From Vicugna vicugna (lineage: Eukaryota), in NCBI GenBank assembly GCA_013265495.1, contig MU058531.1, positions 1,046,678 to 1,110,677 on the forward strand: a DNA stretch of 64,000 nucleotides. The letters are read 5' to 3'. The stretch's first letter is position 1; the number at the start of each line of letters is the position of its first letter. The position numbers and the translations under genes were made by a program. Under the pieces are notes generated by a model. That model searched no databases and was not told the origin of the DNA. It saw only the letters and a program-made list of their open reading frames with translations. This document shows, piece by piece, positions 10,901 to 21,511 of this stretch.

Positions 10901-13042
10901 AGGATGGCTAATTCAACCTAAGATTACATGAGAATAAATCCAAGATCCTGAGGATTCAGAGTCTCATTGTTGCCCTCTGCACCAAGTCCCGGCTGGCATC
11001 TGTATCCTCCTGAGTGCCACATTTAAGAAGGACAGCAGTGCCCTGGAGCACTACCAGAGGACCGTTGATAGGTTCTTGGAGGGTCTGGTAACCTTATTTT
11101 GAGAGAAACTGTTGAAAGCAGTACAAGAAGAGATACCTGGAAAACAGAAGACTTGGGACCTGGTGGCTGAAGTTCCACATTGGAGGGCTTGCTACAGGGA
11201 ATCACAGTTTGATGGGTCCTGTAGGGTTCTGGAAACCAGTGAATAGCAATTTTAAGGAGGTCATGGGGAAGGGACAGAGGAAAGAGGTTCAGGGTCTAAA
11301 AGAGTTACTTTATCTGAAAATTTGTTTGGCAGTAAAAGACTGAAAAGTCCTATTTTTAGTCTGTAGGCTTAGATTAAGTAAATGTTCAGTGATTTAAAAA
11401 AGGCATTTCTCAGATGGAACTAAAACAATTTTGAAACTAATGCATTTTGTTTTGTTACATAGTGTTGATTTTTGCAATTTAAAATTTGTATTTTTTATTC
11501 ATTCTGCTGGTTTTTAGACTTCTGCTCATAATCATAGTGATATAAATAGGCACCCCTAAATGCTACAGTTTTCATTTGGTGAAATGGAAATCGTTGGCAG
11601 TTTCTGTTTACTTTGAGGTTCTCTGATTATGTTGGCATTTTAATGACCTTGAGAGCCATTTTGTTCCTTTTATAAATGAAAATGCTTTTAAATAACTGGT
11701 AAAGATTTAATAGGGTTGGTAAATTAATTCTGATAAATGAGAAGGTAATGTTTAACTCTTTAGAATTAACTTTTACTTTTATTACTTGAAGTAAGAAATA
11801 ATTCTTAACTAAATTTATGTTCGTTAAGTGCTTTTGATTCTACTTCCTTTGTAGCTAAAGAATCTCTGTCTCTCTCCTTCTCCCTAGTCCTTCCCTATTT
11901 CCTAAGGGCTACATTTTAGTCTCTTTTCATGGCACTGTGGTCCTTCACAAGCTAACCCCCATCCTCATTCCCCCTAATTTTTTCACAACCGTCCTTGACA
12001 CCAGCCATATTGTCTCCTAAACATACGAGGTTCTTCTTACCTCTCTCTCCATGCCTTTGCAAAAGAATACTTTCCTGTCCTTTTCCTTTTTCCCTGTTCT
12101 TACCGTCACCTCTTTTATGATGCCTTCCTCATTCATCCAAGCAGAGATACTTCTTGTGGTACCTTCATTCCTATTATATTTGCCCCTGATGTGCTATCTC
12201 AGTGTGTGGTTGGAAGGAGCACTATGTTAGGCATCTTAATACCTTCTATAGAAGACATAGTGCCTGGCCTCTTAGTACATTTTTAGCAGAAGTTAGCTAA
12301 ATATAAGATGAACTCTGCTGCCAACCTGACTTAAACATTTAATAATGCCCATTCTTTTTTGTCCATTGTCACCAATATGTAAGAGATCAATAAACATGTG
12401 AATTTGATATTTTTCATTCACCAAAGTATTTCTTCAACACCTGTTAAACACCCAGGTGTTGCTGGATGGTGGCCGTACAATATGACTGATTCTTCAGAGG
12501 TACACTGATATCTAGTGGGGGTCACAGATATGTTCCGTGAAATGAAGTGAGCACACACACCATGATGGGCGCAGTACAGTTGACTGTTGTACTTGCTGTC
12601 TGAGTTCATCCGTCTTTCTCCCACACTTAACACATCTGCTGCACCAAGCTCTGTAACTTGGGTTCTGGTTATATGAGGTGCCGCAGACCATTAGAGATAA
12701 CTCGCCCTATAGTTTTACCCTTGAGGTAATTCCTTTGGAGTGAATTAGGTGTTAGTAACATACTAATATTTGTATACACTGGCGGTGGGAGGTGGGGGAA
12801 TAGCATCAGCACTGATAGCAGTTTATGGCTTTATCATTTAGAAACACTGTAATTCACAGTGAGATGCTTGTTAAACCACCTCCTTTTCAGTCATGTTTTA
12901 ACTTCTGGCACTATGGTTTCCCTGTTTTATAGAAACTAGAAAAACTGCTTTTGGAATTATTTCCACGGTGAAGAAGCCTCGGTCATCAGAAGCAGATGAT
13001 GATGCTCTTCCGGCCTGCAAGAAAGCCAAGTGTGAGGGCTGA
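7821..13042 (+). CDS. RPP30: RPP30, ribonuclease P/MRP subunit p30, 3' part: join(7821..7937,8511..8540,8944..8981,9372..9451,12933..13042); earlier exons lie upstream of the window
   Basis: Spliced translation AIDRGLGFELVYSPAIKDSTMRRYTIANALNLIQVCKGK-NVIISSAAER-PLEIRGPYDVANL-GLLFGLSESDAKAAVSTNCRAVLLHGE-TRKTAFGIISTVKKPRSSEADDDALPACKKAKCEG* matches the mammalian RPP30 C-terminus. All junctions are AG/GT and in frame. RPP30 is the known convergent neighbour of ANKRD1. Confidence 0.97.
8511..8540 (+). CDS. RPP30: RPP30 30-nt coding exon (exon 8 equivalent)
   Basis: ttttgtag|AATGTAATTATATCTAGTGCTGCAGAAAGG|gtaagt; encodes NVIISSAAER. Confidence 0.95.
8944..8981 (+). CDS. RPP30: RPP30 38-nt coding exon (exon 9 equivalent), followed by a U12-type donor
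   Basis: ttttag|CCTTTAGAA...GCAAACTT|gtatccttt; encodes PLEIRGPYDVAN(L). Confidence 0.95.
8982..9371 (+). other. RPP30: U12-type (minor spliceosome) GT-AG intron of RPP30
   Basis: 5' splice site GTATCCTTT is the U12 consensus. Branch-site-like TCTTTGAC lies at 9353-9360, with its A 12 nt before the CAG acceptor. There is no polypyrimidine tract. Confidence 0.9.
9372..9451 (+). CDS. RPP30: RPP30 80-nt coding exon (exon 10 equivalent)
   Basis: ccag|AGGGCTGCTGTTCGGG...CATGGAG|gtgagc; encodes GLLFGLSESDAKAAVSTNCRAVLLHG. Confidence 0.95.
10750..10850. mobile_element. MER81/MER94-like hAT-Blackjack MITE remnant
   Basis: tgcccagaacagtcctagtttatacctgctgt...gataaattata..ccctg resembles the MER81 consensus. 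Confidence 0.5.
11005..11200 (+). mobile_element. L3/CR1 LINE fragment
   Basis: gtgccacatttaagaagga...ccagagga...gggtctgg resembles the CR1 ORF2 3' region. Confidence 0.45.
12933..13042 (+). CDS. RPP30: RPP30 last coding exon (exon 11 equivalent), stop TGA 13040-13042
   Basis: ttttatag|AAACTAGAAAA...GAGGGCTGA; encodes TRKTAFGIISTVKKPRSSEADDDALPACKKAKCEG*. Confidence 0.96.
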
Positions 13043-13570
13043 AGGGAGCCTCCAGCCTCTGCCAACTCTCTCTTCTTCCATTGGTTGGTTCATCAGCTGC
13101 AACAGAAACGAAACCTTCATATGATTCACTGTTTTCACTTGGAGCTACGTATCAGTAGTCTATAAGAACAGTCTTATATTCAAGTCGTGAAAATAGCAAA
13201 ACCTAGTGAAGCATTTAAGAAACAAAAAAGACTGCCCCCTCAATGAATTTAGGTATATTTTAGAAAAAAAGCGAAGACTAGTTTATTTATCCTTTGTGTT
13301 ACGGGTAAAGAGCAGGTATGATTGAGTAAGATGTTTTATGTATTTCGAGAGACTCTTTAAAAATGTTTCCTGTTCATTTAAAAATTCATGCGCTTTAGCT
13401 TTACTTGCTATACATGGCTTACTGTTTCTTAATTTTACTACTCAAAAAGTGGTTATTTTGAACACTATTGAAACATATTTTAAGGGGTTGACTTTTAGTT
13501 GATCTCTTCTTATTTTAAGCCTCTCTTTCACTATATTCATCAAGTCAAAGTCCTTTCTAAAAGGAATTGC

Positions 13571-13576
13571 AATAAA
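13571..13576 (+). terminator. RPP30: Candidate RPP30 polyadenylation signal AATAAA
   Basis: First canonical AATAAA I see downstream of the RPP30 stop (~530 nt). Usage is not demonstrated. Confidence 0.4.
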
Positions 13577-14469
13577 ATTTGTGGCAGGAAAGGGAAAGTG
13601 CACACAGAATCGTACTTGGCCGCTTCCTTTGCTGCTGCTTACCTCTGTGATGTCCTTGCAGTGGGATGTCTCTCAGTTGGAAGCCCTTAGAAACCTAATG
13701 TTGATTTTTCTAATAGCTGTATTACAGATATCAAAGCACTGGACTCAACCAACTTTGGAAATAATTTTTTTTAATAGCAGGATCATATTAAATAGAGGTA
13801 GCTTTTTATTTTGCAGATACCTGCATTTATGCTATATTGATATAAAGTAAAATTATTTAAGTGAGAAAAAGAACACTGCTCTGAGAGTCAAAAGGTATTT
13901 AAAAGAGAAAGCTTTACACCAGACTCACTTACAAATTTAGATGCTTAAAGAAAATATTACTAAAGAGAAATCATTGAAACAGTGTACACTGTAACCAAGT
14001 GAGATTTATTCTAGGATTGTAAGAATATTTCCATTCTTTTTAATGCACTATACTTTATCATATTAATAGGTCAAATGAGAAAAATCAAAATTGTTTTAAT
14101 AGATGCCAGTAAGACACTTGCTAAAATTTAAAATCCACTCCTGATTAAAAACAAAAAAAAACAATAAAAGCCCTTGACAAAGTACAAGTGGAAGAATATT
14201 TCACATGTACATGTATATGTTCACTTATATTTATATATTCTGTATATTTAGCATCATGATTCTAAAAGTAAAGCATTTTTGACTTCCACTTCAGCAGTTT
14301 GGTGGATTAGCCTACTCCATTCCCTCCATAAAACTGATGGCCACTGCTGCTGAATCCTCGCACCAAGAGTCTGCCACTTCCTTGAGTGCCAGCTTCCTTC
14401 TGCCTTCACCCCACTTGGATTCACCAAAAGTTAGGTGTGTGTTTATTCACAAGCCTGTTTACACCATTG

Positions 14470-14697
14470 TGTTTAGCATTGTAAAGTTATATAAGTTAAT
14501 TTAAAATTATGAAAACTGATGAACTAAGAGAGGCAAAAAAAAAAAAGAATTCCCAGGAAAATGGATGCTTTTAAAAAGTTTGAGAAAGAAGAGTCATTAA
14601 AAACAATTGTCAAAGTAGGTGTGAGCAGGACAACTAAGATTTGGAAGAGATCCAGTAGAAATTCTGTGCTGTGATATGCTAGAGTCTTTGAGTTCTC
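14470..14697 (+). mobile_element. Tigger/pogo DNA transposon relic encoding a degenerate psq-type HTH
   Basis: Translation from ~14559, KMDAFKKFEKEESLKTIVKVGVSRTTKIWKR, resembles the CENP-B/Tigger N-terminal HTH; the element appears to continue after the L1 at ~15715. Confidence 0.5.
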
Positions 14698-15713
14698 TTT
14701 TTTTTTTTTTAATTGATGTAACATTGTTTATAACATTAAGTTTTATGTGTGCAACATTATATTTCAACTTCTGTGTACACTGCAGCTTGCAACCAAAAGT
14801 TTAGTTTCCACCCATCGCCATATGGTTGACGCCCTCCTTGCTCATTTTGCTCTCCCCTCATCCATCTTCCCCTCTGGTAACAACTACTCTGTTCTCTTTA
14901 TCAGTCTTTTTTTTGTTTCATTTAGTTAGTTTTTTTTTTTATTATTATTCCACTTAAGAGTGGAGTCATACAGTATTTGCCTTTCTCCATCTGACTTATG
15001 TCACTTAGCATAATACCTTTGAGGTCCCTCTGTGATGTCACAAATGGCAAGGTTTCATCTTATTTTATAGTTGAGTAGTATTCTGTTTCATATATAGAGA
15101 GAGAAAGAGAGAGAGTAAATAATGCTGCGATGAACATGAGTGCGTATATCTTTACAAATTTTAGTTTTTGTTGTCTTCGGATAAATTCCCAGAAGTGAAA
15201 TAGCTGGGTCATAAGGTAGTTCTTAATATTTTGAAGACTCTCCGTAGTGTTTTCCCTAGTGACTGTACCAATTTACATTCCTACCAGTGGTATGTGAAGG
15301 TTCCCTTTCTCCACATCCTGTCTATAACATTTGTTATTTCTTGCCTTTTTGATAATAGCTATTTTAACAGTCTAACAGGAATGACATAGATCTGAGCAGT
15401 ATCTTCCTGTGTATGTCTCTTCAGGCAAGGGAAACAAAAACTAAAAAGCCACACAGCAAGAGAAACCATCAAAGAAACGAAAAGACAACCTACTGAATAG
15501 GCAAAGATATTTTTAAATTTGATAAGAGGTTTATGTCCAAAATATATAAAGAACTCATACAACTCAACAATAAAAAACCAAATAACCTGATTAAAAAATG
15601 GGCAGAGAATCTAAATAGACATTTTTCCGAAGAAGATGTATAGATGGCCAACAGGCACATGAAAAGATGCTCAACATCACTAATTATGCAAATCAAAACT
15701 AAATAAGATCTCA
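14698..15713 (-). mobile_element. L1 insertion with 5' inversion (minus 14698-~15380, plus ~15381-15713)
   Basis: Poly(T) followed by antisense L1 3' UTR/ORF2 end, then a sense ORF2 segment (..gatggccaacaggcacatgaaaagatgctcaacatcac..) ending where the antisense part stops. Confidence 0.8.
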
Positions 15714-16839
15714 CTTTTCTTTCTTCTTTAAAGAGACTGGAACTCAGGAAAGAACTATAGATCTCCCATCAGTGGAGCCACACTTCCAAGAATAGGCTTT
15801 GACCTTTCTTTAAAAGATTGGCACGTGAGTGTACATTTATATATTTTAAGCTTAAAAAATGTTTAAGGGGATAATGTTCAACTTTTTTTCATGTCCCACT
15901 TTAATCTACTTTTTCAGACAACTGACTACAGTGCCTCCATTTGTACCAGATAGAATATTGAGAACTTTCATGTTTTATTAGAAAGGAGGTGAACTTAGGG
16001 CACATGTGAGTCTTGAAAAACTCAAGAAAAGCAACTGGGAAAAGACACACAGGTGCTTCTTAGTTCGTCACATTTGTTATGTATTTGCAGTTGTGCCTGA
16101 TGAGATGCTTATCCTGTGGTCCAGGATGGGAGGCCATGATGGCTGGTCACCAGTGAGGAGCACGAGCGGGTTTCCTTTTAAGGTGTGCTTTTGCTAGAAC
16201 ATGAGCCACTGTGGGTTTAGTTGCAACAAGATGACAATACCTTTAATAAAAGTTCAGCAAGGTGGTCAGGTGTAAAATAAATACGCAAAAGCCAGTAGTT
16301 GTCATTAACAGCAACTTGTTATAGAATACCTTTTTTAAAAGATAGCCCTGTTCATAAAGACATACATTACCAAGAAATGTTTGGGACCTCTATGAAGAAA
16401 ACACTAAATGAAAATTATATGGGTAATTAAGGAAGACTGGAGTACATGATGGGAGACATTCTGTTTCCTTGGATAAAGAGACATTGTACATCAAATTCTC
16501 CCCCAAATTAATCTGTGAATTTAACATCCAGAACAAAGTATCTCTATATTTTTGTTTGCTGTGTATACGTTTCATTTTTAGTCTGGTATTTTGAAAGAAA
16601 AAAATACGAGAATAACTGGGAAATTTTGTAGAAAAATAGTGGAAAGGACTTGTAGTGCTGAATATTACAGAGTCCAACAGAACTCTAGTGACTAAAACAG
16701 TGTATAACTGGTGCAGAGATCCGATCAGTGAAAGAATTGGGAGTCCAGAACCACTCTAGTTTCAGGAAGAAGTGATGGGTTGTTCAGTAAGTGGTGCTGG
16801 AACAGCTGGTCACGCAGCGGGAGAGGCAGTACAGCACAC

Positions 16840-17060
16840 CAGTGACGTGCAGACTGATGACACACTGCCTCCGTTCAAGTCCCAGCTTGCCAGTACTTTG
16901 TACCTGTGATCTTGGACAAATTATGTAACCTCGCTGTGCCTCGCCTCCTTCATCTAGTCTCCCTATAGCATTATTGCAAGGATTAGATAGATTAAAATCT
17001 GTAGAAGGCTCAGAGCAGGACTGTCATGTAGAATGTACCTATTAAGTATTGGCTAGTCGA
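16840..17060 (+). mobile_element. MIR SINE
   Basis: ttcaagtcccagct...tgtgatcttggacaaattatgtaacctcgctgtgcctc, MIR core. Confidence 0.7.
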
Positions 17061-17356
17061 TCATTTAGAGGGAAAAAAAGGTCTAATCCCTATCTTTTAC
17101 CCCATACACTCTCATAGTTAGTAAATTGAAGTGGATTAAAGATCTTTTTAAAAGCTTAAAACAAAAAAAGCTTGGTTTGGTCATCAAAGCCAGAAAACAT
17201 AAAGCATTGATCAATTTGTCTATAAAAGGGTAATGTTGGAAAAGTGCAAACAGCTAGGAAGGTACATTTACGATGCATATTCCAGAGAGATTCCAGAGAT
17301 CCTTAGCTTTTTAAAAGACATTGTTTTTAAAAAACAAATACACAGCATGACAAATA

Positions 17357-17770
17357 CTGCTGGTGTCCACTCAGATCCTTTTACCAGTCCGGTGAACCCC
17401 TCCCCCAGCTGCTGCAGCTATTGGGTACTAATGGTTTATCGTCACCCTCCCCCAGAGGATTGTCCTGGGCTGATTGATGGCAGCTTACCCAGAGATGCCT
17501 GGGAAGTTTTACCTGGATCCCTGGAGTTTGGCCCATGGCAAATGCCTGATGCAGGGTATTATTGCCCACCTTCTGGCCTCTGTGGTGCAGTTTATGCTCC
17601 TGAGCGCCCCATGGGATTAGGTTTAGGTGAGACTTCTCCCAAAACCACATTTCTGTCTCTTTTCTTCTCCTGCTCTGTCCTGTTTCCCTCAGTCCCTTAT
17701 AGAGCTCTCTCAAGAAATCACTTGCACAAGAATCCTCATTTCAAGTGCCGCTTCCAGGGAACCTGACTTA
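17357..17770 (+). mobile_element. ERVL LTR (LTR16-like) inside old L1 sequence
   Basis: Ends in aatcacttgcacaagaatcctcatttcaagtgccgcttccagggaacc, typical of LTR16 3' ends; flanked by L1ME-like sequence. Confidence 0.55.
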
Positions 17771-18339
17771 ATAGAAAATTGAGCAAAGAAGGTTGACCCA
17801 GAAAAATGCTCAGTAAACCTGAAGATGCTGAGTAATTTTTAGTAATCAGGGGGAAATCGTCAAAAATACATCTCTTTTGCTGATTGGGTTGAAAAAAAAA
17901 AGATTTATAAAGATTGTGGGGAAAGGCAGTAACATATTGTGGAAGGGATAATTTGATACCAACCTCATAGATATTTCTATAAATGTATTTCTTGAAATAA
18001 CTGGGTAGGTGTAAAGGATGCATGGATAAGGATAGTCATTGCAACAATATTCAAAATGGGGAAATGGAAGCAACCTGAATGCCCAGTAATGATTGAATTG
18101 GTTAAATGATCCATTGTACATTGAAACATAAGACGACCATTTATAAAGATGTCTGGAATAAGTTGTTCACTGGAATACAAAGTCATAAAATTAAATGTAC
18201 AGTGCTTGTATGTAATGTGCACAGAAATCATCGAAGTGCCATGAAATTAGGATGATTGTTGATGTTTGCTTTCTTCATTATTCCTTTCCATAATTGGCTT
18301 AATACTTAATAAGTATGTTACTTGTTCAAAGGGAGAGGA

Positions 18340-19050
18340 GATTTTTTCATATGGTGGGTAAAGGCAGTATGATAGACGTTAGGACACAGAGGAAAAAATA
18401 CAACAGGAACACTCTTGAGGCTAATAGAGGCTAAGTCAGGGTCAGGGATGGCTTCCAAGGGGAAGTACAGCTAACCTGAAGGGGAGGACTGAGGGGAAGT
18501 TACACGGTGGGGTGGGGTGGGGTGGGAGGAGGAGCCTTCCAAGGAAGCTGACACAGTATGTAAGAACAAAAGCAAGCGTCTGGATTTTCTGAGGAGCTGA
18601 GAAGTCAGTAGAGTTGGAATTTCACATTTAGCTAGAAGACAGTGAGATATAGATGAGAATAAAGAGTCCGATTTCGAGAATTTTAGAGACCGTTAAGATG
18701 TTTTTGATTTCATCCTGAGGGAAGTGGGAAGCCATTGAAACACTTTGAAGAGGAAAATGACTTGACTTGACTAGATTTGCATTTTAGAAAAATCACTCTA
18801 CCCGCAACTTGATGAACAGACGGGAGGGAAGTAAGCTGGGGGCATTTGAGAAATCCTGGAGTTGTCGTGGTGCTCTGAACTCGGAGAGTGGCCCCAAGGG
18901 TGGGAGGAAATGGACAGATTACAGTGCTACATAGTAGTATGCTGGTAAGGAGTCTTGGTGGTTGTCTGAAAGGGGTGAGGCAAAGGGCAAGTCAAGAACA
19001 ACTCCTAAGAGTCTCTGTTGGCCAATAGGACGTTCCCTTCAATGAGAAAA
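18340..19050 (-). mobile_element. L2 LINE fragment
   Basis: gggaagccattgaaa...agatttgcattttagaaaaatcactct, L2 antisense signature. Confidence 0.6.
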
Positions 19051-20379
19051 GAACACAAGAGACAGATTGTGGGCACAGAGCTGGGTCAGGTGGAAAGAAA
19101 AGGAACTTACAAAAGTTGATCGCCCACCTGTGTGATGGAAACTTGAAGGGTTTGCCTGACGCCTTAGCTTTTCCATTGGCAGAGGTAACTGAGCTGGCTT
19201 TGTTATAATGGAACTTATTCCACGTTGGTTCTCATGCCCTCTACCTCTGTCCTAGTGCAAGTCTTTATATGCAGCAACACAAAAGTGTTTTAACCCCTTC
19301 CTTTCTTCTCTTCCTTACCTTCCAGCTCTTGTGGGGAAGGGGACTTGCCAAAGACATAAAGAGAAAACTTGGCCACGTAACAACACACCCATGTTACGCT
19401 AGGGGAGACATCAGTACTAGCAAGGGAGGCGTTGCCTGTGTTGTAGGTGCTTTACCTGGAAGAAGTGGAAGGACCCTGAGCCGTAAGGATCTGATGAGAG
19501 CTAGGACCCTAGAGAGAGGGCTGTGGGGATGGGGCTGGGTGGAGATAACAGAGAATGAAGCTCCTGATGCCCCTAGGAGGTAGACTCTACAGATTGTTAG
19601 GATCCTGGATGGAAAATATTTCAAGCCATCCTTGCAACTCCGTGACCAGCTAACTGGAAGACCATCTGCTTATGAATTGTGCCTCTCTGCCGTCTTAACG
19701 TGTTAGGGGCAGAGCTAAGAGGTTATGAGTGTTATCCTATCTAGAGTGAGTTTGCGGGGAGGGGTACCAGGGCTAGTGTTTCACATTGGCCTTCATACAT
19801 TGCCTCAAGTGCTCAACTTTTCCCTTAACCTTGCCCTTTTCTGCGTTCTGTCTGCTGCCTGGAACACTGTGCTTGGATAACTTCAGTGTATCCTTCAGAC
19901 TCCTCTGAAAGGTCCCTACCTCAAAGAAGGCTTTATAGAAATCCACACCCCCTCCCCGTCAAATGATGGAGCTCCCCAGCTTAGACTGCACTCTGTACTT
20001 TTTACTTCCTTGTACTTACCACATGTTGTTACCATATATATTTATTTCTGTGATTATTTCTTTAATATTCTTCTCTTCCAGGAAGTTAGGGCAGGAACAG
20101 TTTTTCTCATCACAGGTCTTAGTACCTATCCCAGCATATGGCAACAGAAAAGCTCCCGTTGGAGTTTTATCAATCATTGGCCAGGTTTGCTCATGAGTGG
20201 CCTTCAACACTACCAGCCAGTGTTTACAATAATTATTAAACCTCAGGTGAGTGAAGCCCTGATGGGAATGGTTGAAGGAACACCTCAACTTGCAGTAATT
20301 ATTCTGGCCACCAGGGGTCTCTTTCTCCCCATCTGGGAGCCAAAAGAGCTTGAACTCTCCTGTGTCTTTATGGTTTTTT

Positions 20380-20545
20380 GCAGCCTTGCTGTTCAGTGTG
20401 GCTGGAGTATACCACCTCTGCATCACCTGGAGGCTGTTAGAAATGCAGACTCTCAGGCCCCACCCTCACTGGAGGAATCAGAATCTGCATTTTAACAAGC
20501 TCCCCAGGTGATCTGTTTACGCGTGAAATACTGAGAGGTGCTGTT
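20380..20545. mobile_element. MER5A (hAT-Charlie) MITE just downstream of the ANKRD1 poly(A) site
   Basis: catcacctgg..gttagaaatgcagactctcaggccccaccc...aatcagaatctgcattttaacaagctccccaggtgat. Confidence 0.85.
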
Positions 20546-20663
20546 CCATAGGACATTCCTAATCTGAAAAACTTGAAAGACACAGAAAAACCCCATCTAA
20601 ATGTCCTTTTCACTTGGTTCTGTCCCACTATAATGAAAGAAGTAAAGAGGTTTAGAATTTGCT

Positions 20664-20669
20664 TTTATT
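20664..20669 (-). terminator. ANKRD1: ANKRD1 polyadenylation signal AATAAA
   Basis: TTTATT on + strand, ~730 nt downstream of the stop and preceded by UGUA-containing sequence. Confidence 0.75.
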
Positions 20670-21176
20670 ATGAATATAAAATGTACATACAACATAATAT
20701 ACATTTACACATTTACAATTCGCAGTTAATTTTCATCTCTTTTGAGCAAACTCAGTTCTGCCTGGCCCACTGGCCCGCTCCTTGCACTGCTCTCCACTTA
20801 CACTCAACACTTTCTCTTCACCTTGGTACGTACAGCACGCGACTTGCTGAGAAATACAGGCCCAGGCGTCAGATGGCCGGCTTTACTGTCCTCGCAGAAT
20901 CACTTTCATCTGCTTCCTTTCCTGTCACTGCAGGCCTTCCATGGCCTCAAAATCCCACACTAAAAAGTGAGGGGAAAAGAAGGCTGCAGTAATCCCCTTT
21001 GTCTTTCAAAAACCCCTGGAAACATCTTAGGGGTGACCCCTAAGTAGGCGCTGGCAGCGTTACTGGTTAACACAACTTAAGAACTATCCATAGGAAGGCT
21101 CTGATGTATTACATACACACTAAGCTTGTTCGTAAATGGACGATCAGGAAGGGTCTGAATACCAGTGGTCTTGAAG

Positions 21177-21198
21177 TAAATAAATAAATAAATAAATA
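21177..21198 (-). promoter_or_regulatory. ANKRD1: AU-rich element (overlapping AUUUA pentamers) in the ANKRD1 3' UTR
   Basis: (TAAA)5TA on + reads UAUUUAUUUAUUUAUUUAUUUA in the mRNA, ~200 nt after the stop. Confidence 0.8.
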
Positions 21199-21400
21199 GA
21201 CGAGAATAAATACAAATAGAGTGAGTTTCACTAAGGGAGACGGCAAGCTCTATATCCCTGTGCTTTCTCAAACCATCACCGGGTGCAGCTTTACCACAGG
21301 TGGACAAACAGAAACAGGATTTCATGACGAGTGGCTCTTTGGGGTGGTGCTTTCAAAATGCCGGGGAAGAGCACCCCGATGGGGGAGTCTGTCGTTTTTC

Positions 21401-21511
21401 TCAGAAGGTCGCTATGCGAGAGGCTTTGTAGGAGTTCTCTTTGAGGCTGTCAAATATTGCTTTGGTTCCATTCTGCCAGTGTAGCACCAGGTCCATCGGG
21501 GTCTTTCCAGC
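21401..21511 (-). CDS. ANKRD1: ANKRD1 exon 9 coding part, stop TGA
   Basis: tag|GCTGGAAAG...[45 protein letters not shown]. Confidence 0.98.
   Translation of the reverse strand, partial: AGKTPMDLVLHWQNGTKAIFDSLKENSYKASRIATF

Noticed and set aside
17233..17766. 177-aa ORF
   Set aside because: Runs across old L1 and LTR16-like sequence, with no recognisable domain or splice structure.
18507..18527. G-runs with G-quadruplex potential (also 7737-7755)
   Set aside because: Short simple repeats, common in mammalian DNA, with no supporting context.
20010..20992. 161-aa and 139-aa + strand ORFs near or antisense to the ANKRD1 3' end
   Set aside because: One overlaps MER5A and the other the AT-rich ANKRD1 UTR; non-ATG starts and no recognisable homology.
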